DNA of 64,000 bases, taken from the sequence record NC_018835.1, one strand, 5' to 3'. Below are positions 30,371 to 38,893 of the stretch, piece after piece. The notes below the pieces were generated by a model. It was given only the letters and a program-made list of their open reading frames with translations, was not told the DNA's origin and did no database searches. Every line of letters begins with the position of its first letter. Position 1 is the stretch's first letter. The position numbers were made by a program, and so were the translations under genes. Source of the DNA: Escherichia phage NJ01.

Positions 30371-30546
30371 CGAGATGTTGTCCTCCCCCAATCTTTTACG
30401 TAGCATCGACCGTTAACCCACTTTGTCTCTGATTTAAACTCTTGAGACAGCCTCACTTCACAGTCTTCTCTACTGGCATCCCCTCCGATATCAATCAGAT
30501 ACAGGAATAGAGCTATACCTAAAGTCCAAAGGATTATCTTCTTCAT
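30367..30546 (-). CDS. small membrane/secreted protein
   Basis: 59 aa, below track cutoff; N-terminal MKKIILWTLGIALFLYLIDIGG hydrophobic segment; ATGA overlaps both neighbours. Confidence 0.4.
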   Translation of the reverse strand: MKKIILWTLGIALFLYLIDIGGDASREDCEVRLSQEFKSETKWVNGRCYVKDWGRTTSR

Positions 30547-30941
30547 CGAATCACCAGAGGCTCTTCAGAGTACACAGGAGCGGCTATTTCTACAGGAGGT
30601 GCTGCCCTAAGGTCATTAAGTCTTACACCCTTCAGCATCCCGTCTAGGTGATCTTTCTTAGGGATTCCAACAGGGAAGTCGTCAATCCAAATATCTACAA
30701 AGAAACCTAGCTGACGACATACATCATCCTTCTGAACACCATTGCAAAAGATGATAGGAATCTGCAAACACTCTGCATCAATCTTAATGTCGTGATTATC
30801 GTACCCATTAGGCTCTGCAAAGCGATAAGTTACAAAACGTACATCATAACCTTTGGCTTGCATTAATGCCACCACAGAGCGCCACAGCTTCTTATCTGAG
30901 GTGTAAGTATCATCGTAATCTAAACCAATATTCATATCCAA
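30543..30941 (-). CDS. HAD-superfamily phosphatase-like protein
   Basis: 132 aa; N-terminal IGLDYDDT matches DxDxT motif I. Confidence 0.5.
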   Translation of the reverse strand: MDMNIGLDYDDTYTSDKKLWRSVVALMQAKGYDVRFVTYRFAEPNGYDNHDIKIDAECLQIPIIFCNGVQKDDVCRQLGFFVDIWIDDFPVGIPKKDHLDGMLKGVRLNDLRAAPPVEIAAPVYSEEPLVIR

Positions 30942-30949
30942 ATCCTTTA

Positions 30950-30976
30950 GACAAGAAAAGCCGCCCTAAGGCAGCT
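30950..30976 (-). terminator. intrinsic terminator (minus strand)
   Basis: agctgcc-ttag-ggcggct hairpin followed by TTTCTTG on minus strand. Confidence 0.5.
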
Positions 30977-30982
30977 CTTTAT

Positions 30983-31159
30983 TTAGTCGGTCACTTTAGC
31001 TTCAAGTGCTTCATTTTCGATACTCAAGTCAATCACTACACCAGTAAGCTCAACAACTGCTTGGCGAAGGGCATCTTTACCCATAGAGTGTACTTGAGTT
31101 AGGAAGAAAGCTTTACCTTCTTCGGTGGACAGGGTTTCTTTTAATTCAGAAGCAGTCAT
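30983..31159 (-). CDS. hypothetical protein
   Basis: 58 aa, below track cutoff; AAGGAA-type SD; followed by terminator. Confidence 0.4.
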   Translation of the reverse strand: MTASELKETLSTEEGKAFFLTQVHSMGKDALRQAVVELTGVVIDLSIENEALEAKVTD

Positions 31160-31168
31160 TGATATTCC

Positions 31169-31363
31169 TTATGTTATGTTATAAATTCGCATGATTGTAC
31201 CGCCATTGGCTTCAATAGCAGCAACCATTTGGTTTCGTTCTTCATCTGTGTAAACTAACACACTTCTAAACTCACCAGTTGCATCAGTATAAAGGATGTT
31301 GTATTTCGGAGGCGGCTTACGGTAGATACCTTCCATCATTCTTTCTCCTCTCGTTCTTTCCAC
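31169..31363 (-). CDS. hypothetical protein
   Basis: 64 aa track ORF; true start may be internal MMEGIY. Confidence 0.35.
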   Translation of the reverse strand: MERTRGERMMEGIYRKPPPKYNILYTDATGEFRSVLVYTDEERNQMVAAIEANGGTIMRIYNIT

Positions 31364-31519
31364 AGTTCAGCAAGTTCTAAATAAAACTCAGCTTCATCAG
31401 GACGTCCTTGTTCATTACAGATGGCGCTCTGACGATAACACCAATCCGATGGCATCTCTTCCACTTCAATCTCCTTGTTACGAACCAATCAATAAGAATA
31501 GTTCATTCGTCTTATTTAT

Positions 31520-31711
31520 TCACTCTACCAATGCAGGTACTTCTATCCTTTTAACTGTGAATGTCTTGTTTGGAAACTTTCGAACTAGCTCTGCTGCTTT
31601 GGTTATTGCTAAGTTCTCTGTCTCAAAGATACACAGTTGACCATTTAATGCTACGAGAGTGGAGCCACCGCTGAAGACGGCCCAAGATTCATAATAACCT
31701 TTAACACTCAT
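31520..31711 (-). CDS. hypothetical protein
   Basis: 63 aa immediately downstream of DNA polymerase gene. Confidence 0.35.
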   Translation of the reverse strand: MSVKGYYESWAVFSGGSTLVALNGQLCIFETENLAITKAAELVRKFPNKTFTVKRIEVPALVE

Positions 31712-31719
31712 ATTTTACC

Positions 31720-33564
31720 TTAGTGTGTATGCATCCAGTTAAGTCCAATCTGACAATCAGATGCCAGAGGACATTCCATGTTCAAATACTCACCAGCTTT
31801 CTTAACGCAAAGCTCAGTGTGCTCTTTGAGTTTCTGTACATCATTACGATTCACTGAGAACTGGCCCTCATCGTGCATGTCAATTACCTTCGCACAGCGA
31901 ACTCCATCTTTCTCAATCCACTTGTTAAGGAACATCATAGCATATTTCATAACAACAGCACCAGCGCATTGCAGGAGTGTGTTAAGAGCTTTATGAACCA
32001 TAACCTTACCAGTGGCATCTCGTCTCATTGTAATCTTACGACCATCAACACCAATCAAGTATCCTTGAGCAGCTTTCTCTGTCATACGATCAATGAGGAT
32101 TGCAATACATGGGTTCTCTGCCAAGAATCGTGCTCGCATCACTGAACCTTCGTCAGCCCCACCACCTACAATTGAACCGAGCTTAGCGTCACCAGCACCA
32201 TAGTTGAATGCGTAGATAAACGTCTTAGCGTTGTCACGAGTAGGAAGACCAGCAAGTTTCTGGTTGTGGGAGTGAATATCACCTTCAAGGAGGATATCAC
32301 GATACATAATAGCAGAAGCTAAACCACGCTCTGCCAGAGCTTTCTTAGCTGGATTGTTCTCTTCAATTGCTTCAGCAAGCATATCCCTACACTCTTTAAT
32401 GAGGTAGTGTGCAAGCATACGCAATTCTAATCCAGAACCATCATACCCTAAGAATACTTCTTTACCAGCGGGTATGTAATATTTGTAAGCACCTACAGGT
32501 TTATCTTTCTTCCCCGGCTTACCTTTCTCGTAAATTACGTTAGTACCTTTTCGTATATAACAACCATCAGGAACAACGTTAGTAATAACGAAAGGACGAG
32601 AGTGATCACCATCTGAGTTACAGTCAGACTCAAACAAACCGCGACACTCATGACCAAACAAACCACGGGAGGGAATATTAACCACGATACGATGTTTGAA
32701 TCGAAAAGTCGGCGTAGCACAGCTGTTAGCTTCTGCCGAAAGTTTACCATCTTCGCGTTCCTTTGCTATGAGTCCACTGATAAGACCTAGCCTGTGAGCC
32801 GCTACAACGCGTCTCTTAAGCAAACTTCCGACACTCCCTAGCTCACCCCCTAACCCTTCTTCAAGAGTCTCCTCGAGGTTTGTAGGAGCTGTAGGCCACT
32901 TGTTTGAGGTAGCTAGTGCTATCTTAATCTCATCAAAAGTGATAGGTCTACGTCGGTTAGGATTTAAACCTAAACCAAATACATAAGCCTTCATGTAGTT
33001 CTTAGTTTTAAACCTAAAATGCTTCTCTAAGAACTTCCTAATATCAGCGTCAACCATCTCGGCTGTCTGCTTCTGTTTAGCATTACCTCTCATCCAAGCT
33101 GAATACCACGCTTGGTATGTTCCATACTTTCGCATATCTTTCTTGATTTCAAAAGTATTCCAAGGTTTCTTTGATACGTTAAACTCTGGAGGAAGAAAAC
33201 CCTCATCCATAAGGGCTTCTTTAACTCGTGCATCTTTCGATGGGTCAAAGTCCACGTATTCAACACAGGTGAATGCTCCACCAATGTCTTCTCTCTTAAG
33301 ACCAACTCTATCACAATAGGCTTGAGGCCACTTCTGTAAAGCTCCAGACTTCTTAAATGGCTTCATATAAGTAGAGCCATCTAATCTCATCTTAGGTAAG
33401 AGAGGAATCAGTTCTTTGTCAATATTAACAATAATCTCTTTAAGGAGGTGAACATACCACCGAGCATTTCTTCGGTTGAAACTCACTCCGTGCTTCGCTT
33501 GCTTAGAGATTATATCAGCGACAGTCATCTCTGTCAAAAATGGGAGAGCGTCCGGGTTGCTCAC
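31720..33564 (-). CDS. DNA polymerase, family A (polymerase domain only)
   Basis: 614 aa; motif A DGSGLELRMLAHY, motif B RDNAKTFIYAFNYGAG, motif C MHDE. Confidence 0.85.
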   Translation of the reverse strand: MSNPDALPFLTEMTVADIISKQAKHGVSFNRRNARWYVHLLKEIIVNIDKELIPLLPKMRLDGSTYMKPFKKSGALQKWPQAYCDRVGLKREDIGGAFTCVEYVDFDPSKDARVKEALMDEGFLPPEFNVSKKPWNTFEIKKDMRKYGTYQAWYSAWMRGNAKQKQTAEMVDADIRKFLEKHFRFKTKNYMKAYVFGLGLNPNRRRPITFDEIKIALATSNKWPTAPTNLEETLEEGLGGELGSVGSLLKRRVVAAHRLGLISGLIAKEREDGKLSAEANSCATPTFRFKHRIVVNIPSRGLFGHECRGLFESDCNSDGDHSRPFVITNVVPDGCYIRKGTNVIYEKGKPGKKDKPVGAYKYYIPAGKEVFLGYDGSGLELRMLAHYLIKECRDMLAEAIEENNPAKKALAERGLASAIMYRDILLEGDIHSHNQKLAGLPTRDNAKTFIYAFNYGAGDAKLGSIVGGGADEGSVMRARFLAENPCIAILIDRMTEKAAQGYLIGVDGRKITMRRDATGKVMVHKALNTLLQCAGAVVMKYAMMFLNKWIEKDGVRCAKVIDMHDEGQFSVNRNDVQKLKEHTELCVKKAGEYLNMECPLASDCQIGLNWMHTH

Positions 33565-33580
33565 TTTATACTCCTTTAAA

Positions 33581-34003
33581 TTATTGGTAAATCAAATCCG
33601 TAAATGCTTGATTGTCTTCTATCACATCTAACACGGTAGCTTCATAACTGTAAGCCCTAACCGCCCCGTTAACAACTATCCGAGGAGTAGGTGGAGGTGG
33701 TGCATGGTTAGCCCTAGCTTCACGAGGTTGCTCTCGTACTAGATGAGCCACAACCCTTTGGTTGGCGACCTCTTCTCTTTCTCGGATAGCTCTCTGGATG
33801 TAAGCCAACTTCATACCCCAAGCTTCTTCAAACTCTTGAGGGTGCTTATCACTGATAACCACATACTGACGTTCAGGGATACCAGAGCGAATCTCTGATA
33901 ATAGCTCATGGAACAAATCCAGTTCATGTTCAGTGAGATTCATTTCGATATCATCCCACTTGAGAACTAAGAAACGGTTTTGGTGTCTAGCTGGTAATGG
34001 CAT
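33581..34003 (-). CDS. hypothetical protein
   Basis: 140 aa; start GGAGTAGAATG coupled to upstream small ORF. Confidence 0.4.
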   Translation of the reverse strand: MPLPARHQNRFLVLKWDDIEMNLTEHELDLFHELLSEIRSGIPERQYVVISDKHPQEFEEAWGMKLAYIQRAIREREEVANQRVVAHLVREQPREARANHAPPPPTPRIVVNGAVRAYSYEATVLDVIEDNQAFTDLIYQ

Positions 34004-34166
34004 TCTACTCCACCTCTACTCTAACGTAAGTTCTCTCGCCAACATCATCTTTCCAGACCCATGCCTTGGCATCTTCTTCAGACTTAAAAGCTTTCACAAC
34101 GCTGTATCCACCTTCCCATTCATCACCGAACCAGCGCTGTCCTACGTAAACATATTCTTTCATTAT

Positions 34167-34442
34167 TTAACCTTTTGGGAATGGCATTAAAGATTCCATA
34201 GCAGATTTAATTTCGCTATTGATTCGAGCATCTCGATAAGAGATAAACTTACCTTTGCTATCTCGTAACATCACATGGGTTCTAGCTGTTACGTGGGGAA
34301 GTAATGTAATACTAGTTGGGATAGTGTCAATCCCTACAGAAAATTTGTCAATAGTCTTGCTTTCACTTAACAGATAAGACCAAGTTTGCTTCGGATGGTT
34401 AGGGTATGTGTCTCGAATTTGAACCATAGCTAACTTATTCAT
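34167..34442 (-). CDS. hypothetical protein (paralog of 34444..34695)
   Basis: 91 aa; shared C-terminal GKFISY...E..AVESLMPFPKG motif. Confidence 0.45.
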   Translation of the reverse strand: MNKLAMVQIRDTYPNHPKQTWSYLLSESKTIDKFSVGIDTIPTSITLLPHVTARTHVMLRDSKGKFISYRDARINSEIKSAMESLMPFPKG

Positions 34443-34443
34443 A

Positions 34444-34695
34444 TTAAACTCCTTTAGGGAATGGGATGAGGTTTTCTACTGCAACACGGAACTCTTTCTC
34501 TACGTTTTTATTCTTATAAGAAATGAATTTACCATCAGCCCCACGGAGGATTACGTTAGTACGAGCTGTTTTTGGGTTATGACCAATCTGGTTTGCAATA
34601 ATATTAGCAATGCCGTGGTTATTGGTAAATTTCCATTTAACCATACGATTGTTAGACATTACATCAATGATATTTACAGATTTTACAATAGACAT
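34444..34695 (-). CDS. hypothetical protein (paralog of 34167..34442)
   Basis: 83 aa; shared C-terminal motif ...AVENLIPFPKG. Confidence 0.45.
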   Translation of the reverse strand: MSIVKSVNIIDVMSNNRMVKWKFTNNHGIANIIANQIGHNPKTARTNVILRGADGKFISYKNKNVEKEFRVAVENLIPFPKGV

Positions 34696-34763
34696 ATTTA
34701 TTACCTAAGAAGTTTAATTTGGTTTATATAAAAGAAAAGGCCACCCATTTGGGTAGCCTTATA

Positions 34764-35081
34764 TTACGATGAGCTTAAAGCTCCTTTTCGTGCTCCAGCC
34801 GCTTTTCCAGCTCGATCACCACTTTTGCCGCCGTTTGAACGGTTTGAGCTGACTGATTCAACACGTAAGTTGCTTGACGCATTAGAGCCTCCAGACTTGA
34901 CAGCTCGTTTGTGTCCAACATCTTTACCTCTGACAGCAGCTTTTCCATCGCGCTTTTCAACGATGCGACGTGCACGGTGGCGCTGAGCATCTCCGCTCTT
35001 GCTACCAATTCCCGTTTCACCACGGGCAATTGCGGTACGTCTTTCTTGTGCATAATCTCTCTTTCCTACATGGTCTGCCAT
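34764..35081 (-). CDS. highly basic low-complexity protein (G/R/K/S/A-rich)
   Basis: 105 aa; strong SD AAGGAG 6 nt upstream; alternative overlapping frame 34775..35053 lacks comparable SD. Confidence 0.4.
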   Translation of the reverse strand: MADHVGKRDYAQERRTAIARGETGIGSKSGDAQRHRARRIVEKRDGKAAVRGKDVGHKRAVKSGGSNASSNLRVESVSSNRSNGGKSGDRAGKAAGARKGALSSS

Positions 35082-35137
35082 TTAGAACTCCTTAATATAT
35101 CAGTATACACTAAGGAGTATACATTATAAGTTACTGT

Positions 35138-35875
35138 TTAAGCTTTCTTTTCCATTGCTTTAACAATCGCCTTACAGAAACCAGAACGAACAATGTCATC
35201 TGATTCCCCATCTACTATCTCAGCGAACTCATACAGATCATGTTCATCAATAAAGTTAGTAGCCCAAGTAAGACCACTCTCACGACCACGCATATCATGC
35301 TGGTTAGTATCACCCATGCAGAACAGCTGAGAGGTCTCTCCCAATCGAGTCATGATTGAGAAGGCTTCATCTTTAGTGGTGTTCTGGAACTCATCTACGA
35401 TAACAATAGCATCATTGAAAGAACGACCACGGAGATACTCCAGAGGTACGAACTCAATATTACTGTTACCGAGCTGGCATTCATAGAACCCTTTACCATA
35501 TCGCTGAGTAATAACATCAATGATAGGCATCAAATATGGTTCAAACTTCTCACGCATCCCTCCCGGAAGCAACCCAAGAGAATTACCCATGCCGACCGAA
35601 GGGCGACTCAAGATAATCTTCTGAATCTTACCACTCTTCAGTGCATCGATAACCGTGGAAGTGATTACAAAGGTCTTACCACAGCCCGCAGGAGCGTCTG
35701 TGAACACAACTTGTTTAGTCTTGATAGCATTGAGCAGTTCAGACTGGAACTGGTTCTGAGGGACTACAGGCTTTGCTAAAACCACCTCTTCAAACTCGCG
35801 CTTACCCTTACGAGTGACAAGTGCTTCCCGACGAAGGTCTTTCCGTGATTCTTTCCGTGATTGACGACGACTCAT
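35138..35875 (-). CDS. phoH: PhoH-like ATPase
   Basis: 245 aa; Walker A DAPAGCGKTF and PhoH-like overall pattern. Confidence 0.8.
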   Translation of the reverse strand: MSRRQSRKESRKDLRREALVTRKGKREFEEVVLAKPVVPQNQFQSELLNAIKTKQVVFTDAPAGCGKTFVITSTVIDALKSGKIQKIILSRPSVGMGNSLGLLPGGMREKFEPYLMPIIDVITQRYGKGFYECQLGNSNIEFVPLEYLRGRSFNDAIVIVDEFQNTTKDEAFSIMTRLGETSQLFCMGDTNQHDMRGRESGLTWATNFIDEHDLYEFAEIVDGESDDIVRSGFCKAIVKAMEKKA

Positions 35876-36084
35876 TTACGCTCTCCAATTTCTTCGTAAT
35901 GACATTCAGTAGTTAAACAATCTTTACAGATTGCTGTATAAACCCTGACGTTAGTAAATCGTTTGTTCTTCCCTTTGGTTGGAGAGCCTTTGGCAAGCTC
36001 TCTGATAACCTTGTTACTTAAATGAAGGTTTGTCCCTTCACATCTAGAGCACTTCACCACAATGTCCATTCGGTAAGAGACCAC
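35872..36084 (-). CDS. small zinc-ribbon protein
   Basis: 70 aa; CSRCEG...CKDC Cys pairs. Confidence 0.4.
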   Translation of the reverse strand: MVSYRMDIVVKCSRCEGTNLHLSNKVIRELAKGSPTKGKNKRFTNVRVYTAICKDCLTTECHYEEIGERK

Positions 36085-36254
36085 AGAGAGTCACCTATGT
36101 GGGCATTGTCATTCCTGATGAGGTCTTTGATTTTATCAACATCAGTTAAGTGAGTCACATTCAAAATATCCTCAACATCTGGGGCATATTTAAATATGGC
36201 AACAATACTGTTGTGATCTTCAGCATATCTTTCTAGAACATAAACTACGCTCAT
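36054..36254 (-). CDS. hypothetical protein
   Basis: 66 aa ORF in coupled array. Confidence 0.3.
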   Translation of the reverse strand: MSVVYVLERYAEDHNSIVAIFKYAPDVEDILNVTHLTDVDKIKDLIRNDNAHIGDSLWSLTEWTLW

Positions 36255-36574
36255 GCGAAGTTAACCTCTTTATGAAGTCTGTAAACAGCTGTCGCCATAC
36301 AAGCAACAGCTTCGTTATGTGGGAGATGCATCCCTGTAGAACCATCCCAATCTTTGAACTCATTGTCAAAGACTCCGGTAGGCTCTGGATACAAGGCTTG
36401 CAACTCAACCAAATCGTTAGCAACTTGTTGCCATTTATCATCAGACCAGATAGGGTCATCCAACCAGTAATACAAATAGGAATGGATGATCAATTGCCTT
36501 CTGTGCCGATTAATTACTTCAGCGGGACTTATCTCACTTCCATTTGAAGTCCTAAATGTATTACTGTCAATCAT
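36251..36574 (-). CDS. hypothetical protein (weak resemblance to NAD-ligase N-terminal Ia region)
   Basis: 107 aa; HSYLYYWLDDPIWSDDKWQQVANDLVELQALYPE pattern; resemblance is by eye only. Confidence 0.35.
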   Translation of the reverse strand: MIDSNTFRTSNGSEISPAEVINRHRRQLIIHSYLYYWLDDPIWSDDKWQQVANDLVELQALYPEPTGVFDNEFKDWDGSTGMHLPHNEAVACMATAVYRLHKEVNFA

Positions 36575-36756
36575 TTCACAACCTTAAATTTGAATGTTGT
36601 TGGGTGATAATAATGCAACCTGTTAATGGTGTGCTTTGTTTCAAGATATATCCTACAAGAGTGACACATCACATGATTCAGACCAGTTACAGGATTAGGT
36701 TTAAAGTTGGCGATAGGCTTCTCTTTCTTACAGAAGCTACAGACTTTCTTTTCCAT
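36571..36756 (-). CDS. small zinc-finger protein
   Basis: Internal ATG with GGAGA SD; CSFC...CHSC motif. Confidence 0.35.
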   Translation of the reverse strand: MEKKVCSFCKKEKPIANFKPNPVTGLNHVMCHSCRIYLETKHTINRLHYYHPTTFKFKVVK

Positions 36757-36970
36757 CTTTTCTCCAGTGGTCAACGAACTGCTGAAACACTTTACGGTCA
36801 AATGTGAAATTACGAGCAATTCCGCATTCTCTAAAAGTGGCAGGCATATAATCTACATCACCTTCAGATGTATGACCATAGACTTGAATAAGCTTCTTAA
36901 TCTTATCCTTCTCTCTTCGAGGAAGCATTCTAAATGCCTCCTGAATATCTGTAATATGTTTTATCTTCAT
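36737..36970 (-). CDS. hypothetical protein
   Basis: 77 aa ORF. Confidence 0.35.
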   Translation of the reverse strand: MKIKHITDIQEAFRMLPRREKDKIKKLIQVYGHTSEGDVDYMPATFRECGIARNFTFDRKVFQQFVDHWRKDGKESL

Positions 36971-37116
36971 CAGAAATTCCTGCTAATCCTCTGAGTTGTG
37001 GGAACAGCAATATTCACATACTCCACAACAAGGGCAAATTTCTACACTTGGGTCATATGCATCATCAACTGTCATCCCACACTTGGTGCAGAACACATCA
37101 TCATCTTCTTCCAATA

Positions 37117-37773
37117 TTAACTCTCCAAAGTTTTCTTCAGAGCTGCCCACGAGATTGGGTAGAGTTTAGCCATCTCTTCATCCAGAGATTGAGCAAACAC
37201 TCGAACTTCATACTGAGCATGGGAGGATAGTCGCTGACGACACAACTCAAACCAGCCATACAAAGAACCAGTCCACACCCACTCAGTGATCATTCCCTGA
37301 GGAAGAACAAATCGGGCTTGTTCTGGTGCAACGAATTCAATCAACTTGTCATATGCTGCTAGAGAAGCTTCATATGCATCGTTAATCAACATTAATGCTT
37401 CAGCTCGTTCTCCATCGATGAGTTGAACCCCTGAACCTGCATGGAGGTCCGAAGGTCTCGCAAAAATCTCTTTAGGGATGAAGACTTCAACTGCTCCATC
37501 TTTATACCGCCGGGACATTTCGTTCCACGAGAATCCAACCTGATGCTTGCCCAACTGTCTCGCAATTGCGATAGGTGCTTTGCATCGGAAACTGACTTGT
37601 GGGTGTCGGAATGGAGTAACATGCTTCTCTCTTGCGAGGAAGTTGATGAGACGTTCATCACGTTCATTTAAATCACCTTCACGGGTTACGCCAAAGGAAA
37701 CTCGAGCTGCGTTTACTACGCTACGATCACTTCCCATAGCTTCGATTAATGTTGCTTGTAATTGTTCATTCAT
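37117..37773 (-). CDS. thyX: FAD-dependent thymidylate synthase ThyX homolog with divergent signature
   Basis: 218 aa; ThyX-like overall pattern (ARVSF..., KAPIAIARQ, ...SHAQYE) but expected RHR is KHQ. Confidence 0.7.
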   Translation of the reverse strand: MNEQLQATLIEAMGSDRSVVNAARVSFGVTREGDLNERDERLINFLAREKHVTPFRHPQVSFRCKAPIAIARQLGKHQVGFSWNEMSRRYKDGAVEVFIPKEIFARPSDLHAGSGVQLIDGERAEALMLINDAYEASLAAYDKLIEFVAPEQARFVLPQGMITEWVWTGSLYGWFELCRQRLSSHAQYEVRVFAQSLDEEMAKLYPISWAALKKTLES

Positions 37774-37788
37774 CCGTGAATTTCCTTA

Positions 37789-37998
37789 TTAATATTCTTT
37801 TACATAATAAACCACTAAGGTTCCCATCTCTGACAATGTTGATTTATGTAAGCTTACTTTACTATAAATCTTTGGGGCCATCTTAAGAGCCTTCTTAAAA
37901 CGGCGAGCATCTTTACGAGTAGCAAAGTGCTCTGTAACAGGTATAGCCGGGTCTTGGTAGAGGTAATATACCACCGTCCAATATTTTTTCATAATCAA
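37789..37998 (-). CDS. small protein, TRK.AR..KK paralog family member
   Basis: 69 aa; shares T.K.AR.FKK.LK motif with 39852, 40061, 40270 genes. Confidence 0.4.
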   Translation of the reverse strand: MIMKKYWTVVYYLYQDPAIPVTEHFATRKDARRFKKALKMAPKIYSKVSLHKSTLSEMGTLVVYYVKEY

Positions 37999-38267
37999 AC
38001 ACCTAGGGCAGTAGTTAAGAATGCTTTCAGGTTTGCTTCGGTCTGCATACCAGAGAGACTATAGTGTGCACCACTATTACGGTCAGGTACAACGAAAGCA
38101 GGGATGCTTCTTACACCATACTTAACAGCTTGTTCACGACCATCACCTTCAAGGATGTTAATCTCTTCTACTTCTACATCGAACTCCTTAACAACCTTCT
38201 CAAAGGTAGGAGCCATTGCTTTACATGGAGCACACTGATCACTATAAAACTTAATCACTTTAGACAT
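37995..38267 (-). CDS. thioredoxin
   Basis: Start at internal ATG with AAGGAA SD; CAPC active site (YSDQCAPCKAM). Confidence 0.75.
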   Translation of the reverse strand: MSKVIKFYSDQCAPCKAMAPTFEKVVKEFDVEVEEINILEGDGREQAVKYGVRSIPAFVVPDRNSGAHYSLSGMQTEANLKAFLTTALGV

Positions 38268-38268
38268 T

Positions 38269-38445
38269 CTATTCCTTGTTAATAAACAGGTTGATATGAC
38301 GTTGGGTAGCAGGAACAACAATAAAAGATTTATACTGACCTTTTGCTAAGTCATGAGCAATCTTCTTTGTCTGACCAAGACCCATCACACAGCCACTAAC
38401 AATAATGGCGTGTGCTTGCAACTCTTCAGGGAGTTTTAGTTTCAT
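38269..38445 (-). CDS. hypothetical protein
   Basis: 58 aa, below track cutoff; stop TAG overlaps thioredoxin SD/start. Confidence 0.35.
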   Translation of the reverse strand: MKLKLPEELQAHAIIVSGCVMGLGQTKKIAHDLAKGQYKSFIVVPATQRHINLFINKE

Positions 38446-38457
38446 TCTTCAGGTTCC

Positions 38458-38643
38458 TTACAGCATAGCAAGAATGATAATAAGAGGTAATGTTATAGCG
38501 AAATTAATAAGAACAGCGCTGCCTAGCTTGATAGCTTTAACATCCTCTTCTGATGGGTTTTCTTTAATTGCTAAATTTCGAGCTTTATATATAACAGTAC
38601 CAATTATTAACGACCACACGGCCCACACAATCAGTGAAATCAT
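38458..38643 (-). CDS. small membrane protein with two predicted TMDs
   Basis: 61 aa; hydrophobic-charged-hydrophobic layout; paralog of adjacent gene. Confidence 0.45.
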   Translation of the reverse strand: MISLIVWAVWSLIIGTVIYKARNLAIKENPSEEDVKAIKLGSAVLINFAITLPLIIILAML

Positions 38644-38652
38644 ATCAAACCC

Positions 38653-38832
38653 TTATGCAGTCAGGAGGTGAAGCAGGAATGGGATAACAACAGCTACGAC
38701 AACCATGATGGTTGATGCTGTTTGAATCTCACCTTTCTTGTCAGGGGTTTCTTCAATAAGCTTGCCAGAAGCCCAATAGATACCACCACCAATAAAGACA
38801 GCCCAAATACCCCATACGATTGCTGATAACAT
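38653..38832 (-). CDS. small membrane protein with two predicted TMDs (paralog)
   Basis: 59 aa MLSAIVWGIWAVFIGGGIYW... found by manual translation; SD AAGGAT; replaces track ORF 38694..38948. Confidence 0.45.
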   Translation of the reverse strand: MLSAIVWGIWAVFIGGGIYWASGKLIEETPDKKGEIQTASTIMVVVAVVIPFLLHLLTA

Positions 38833-38893
38833 ATATCTATATCCTTATAAATAAGTTCGCCCCACCTCGGGTTAGGAGACAGGGCGGAGGTTT

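Noticed and set aside
34775-35053. 92-aa helical ORF in alternative frame
   Set aside because: Overlaps entirely with the basic-protein ORF that has a much stronger SD; kept only as an alternative in findings.
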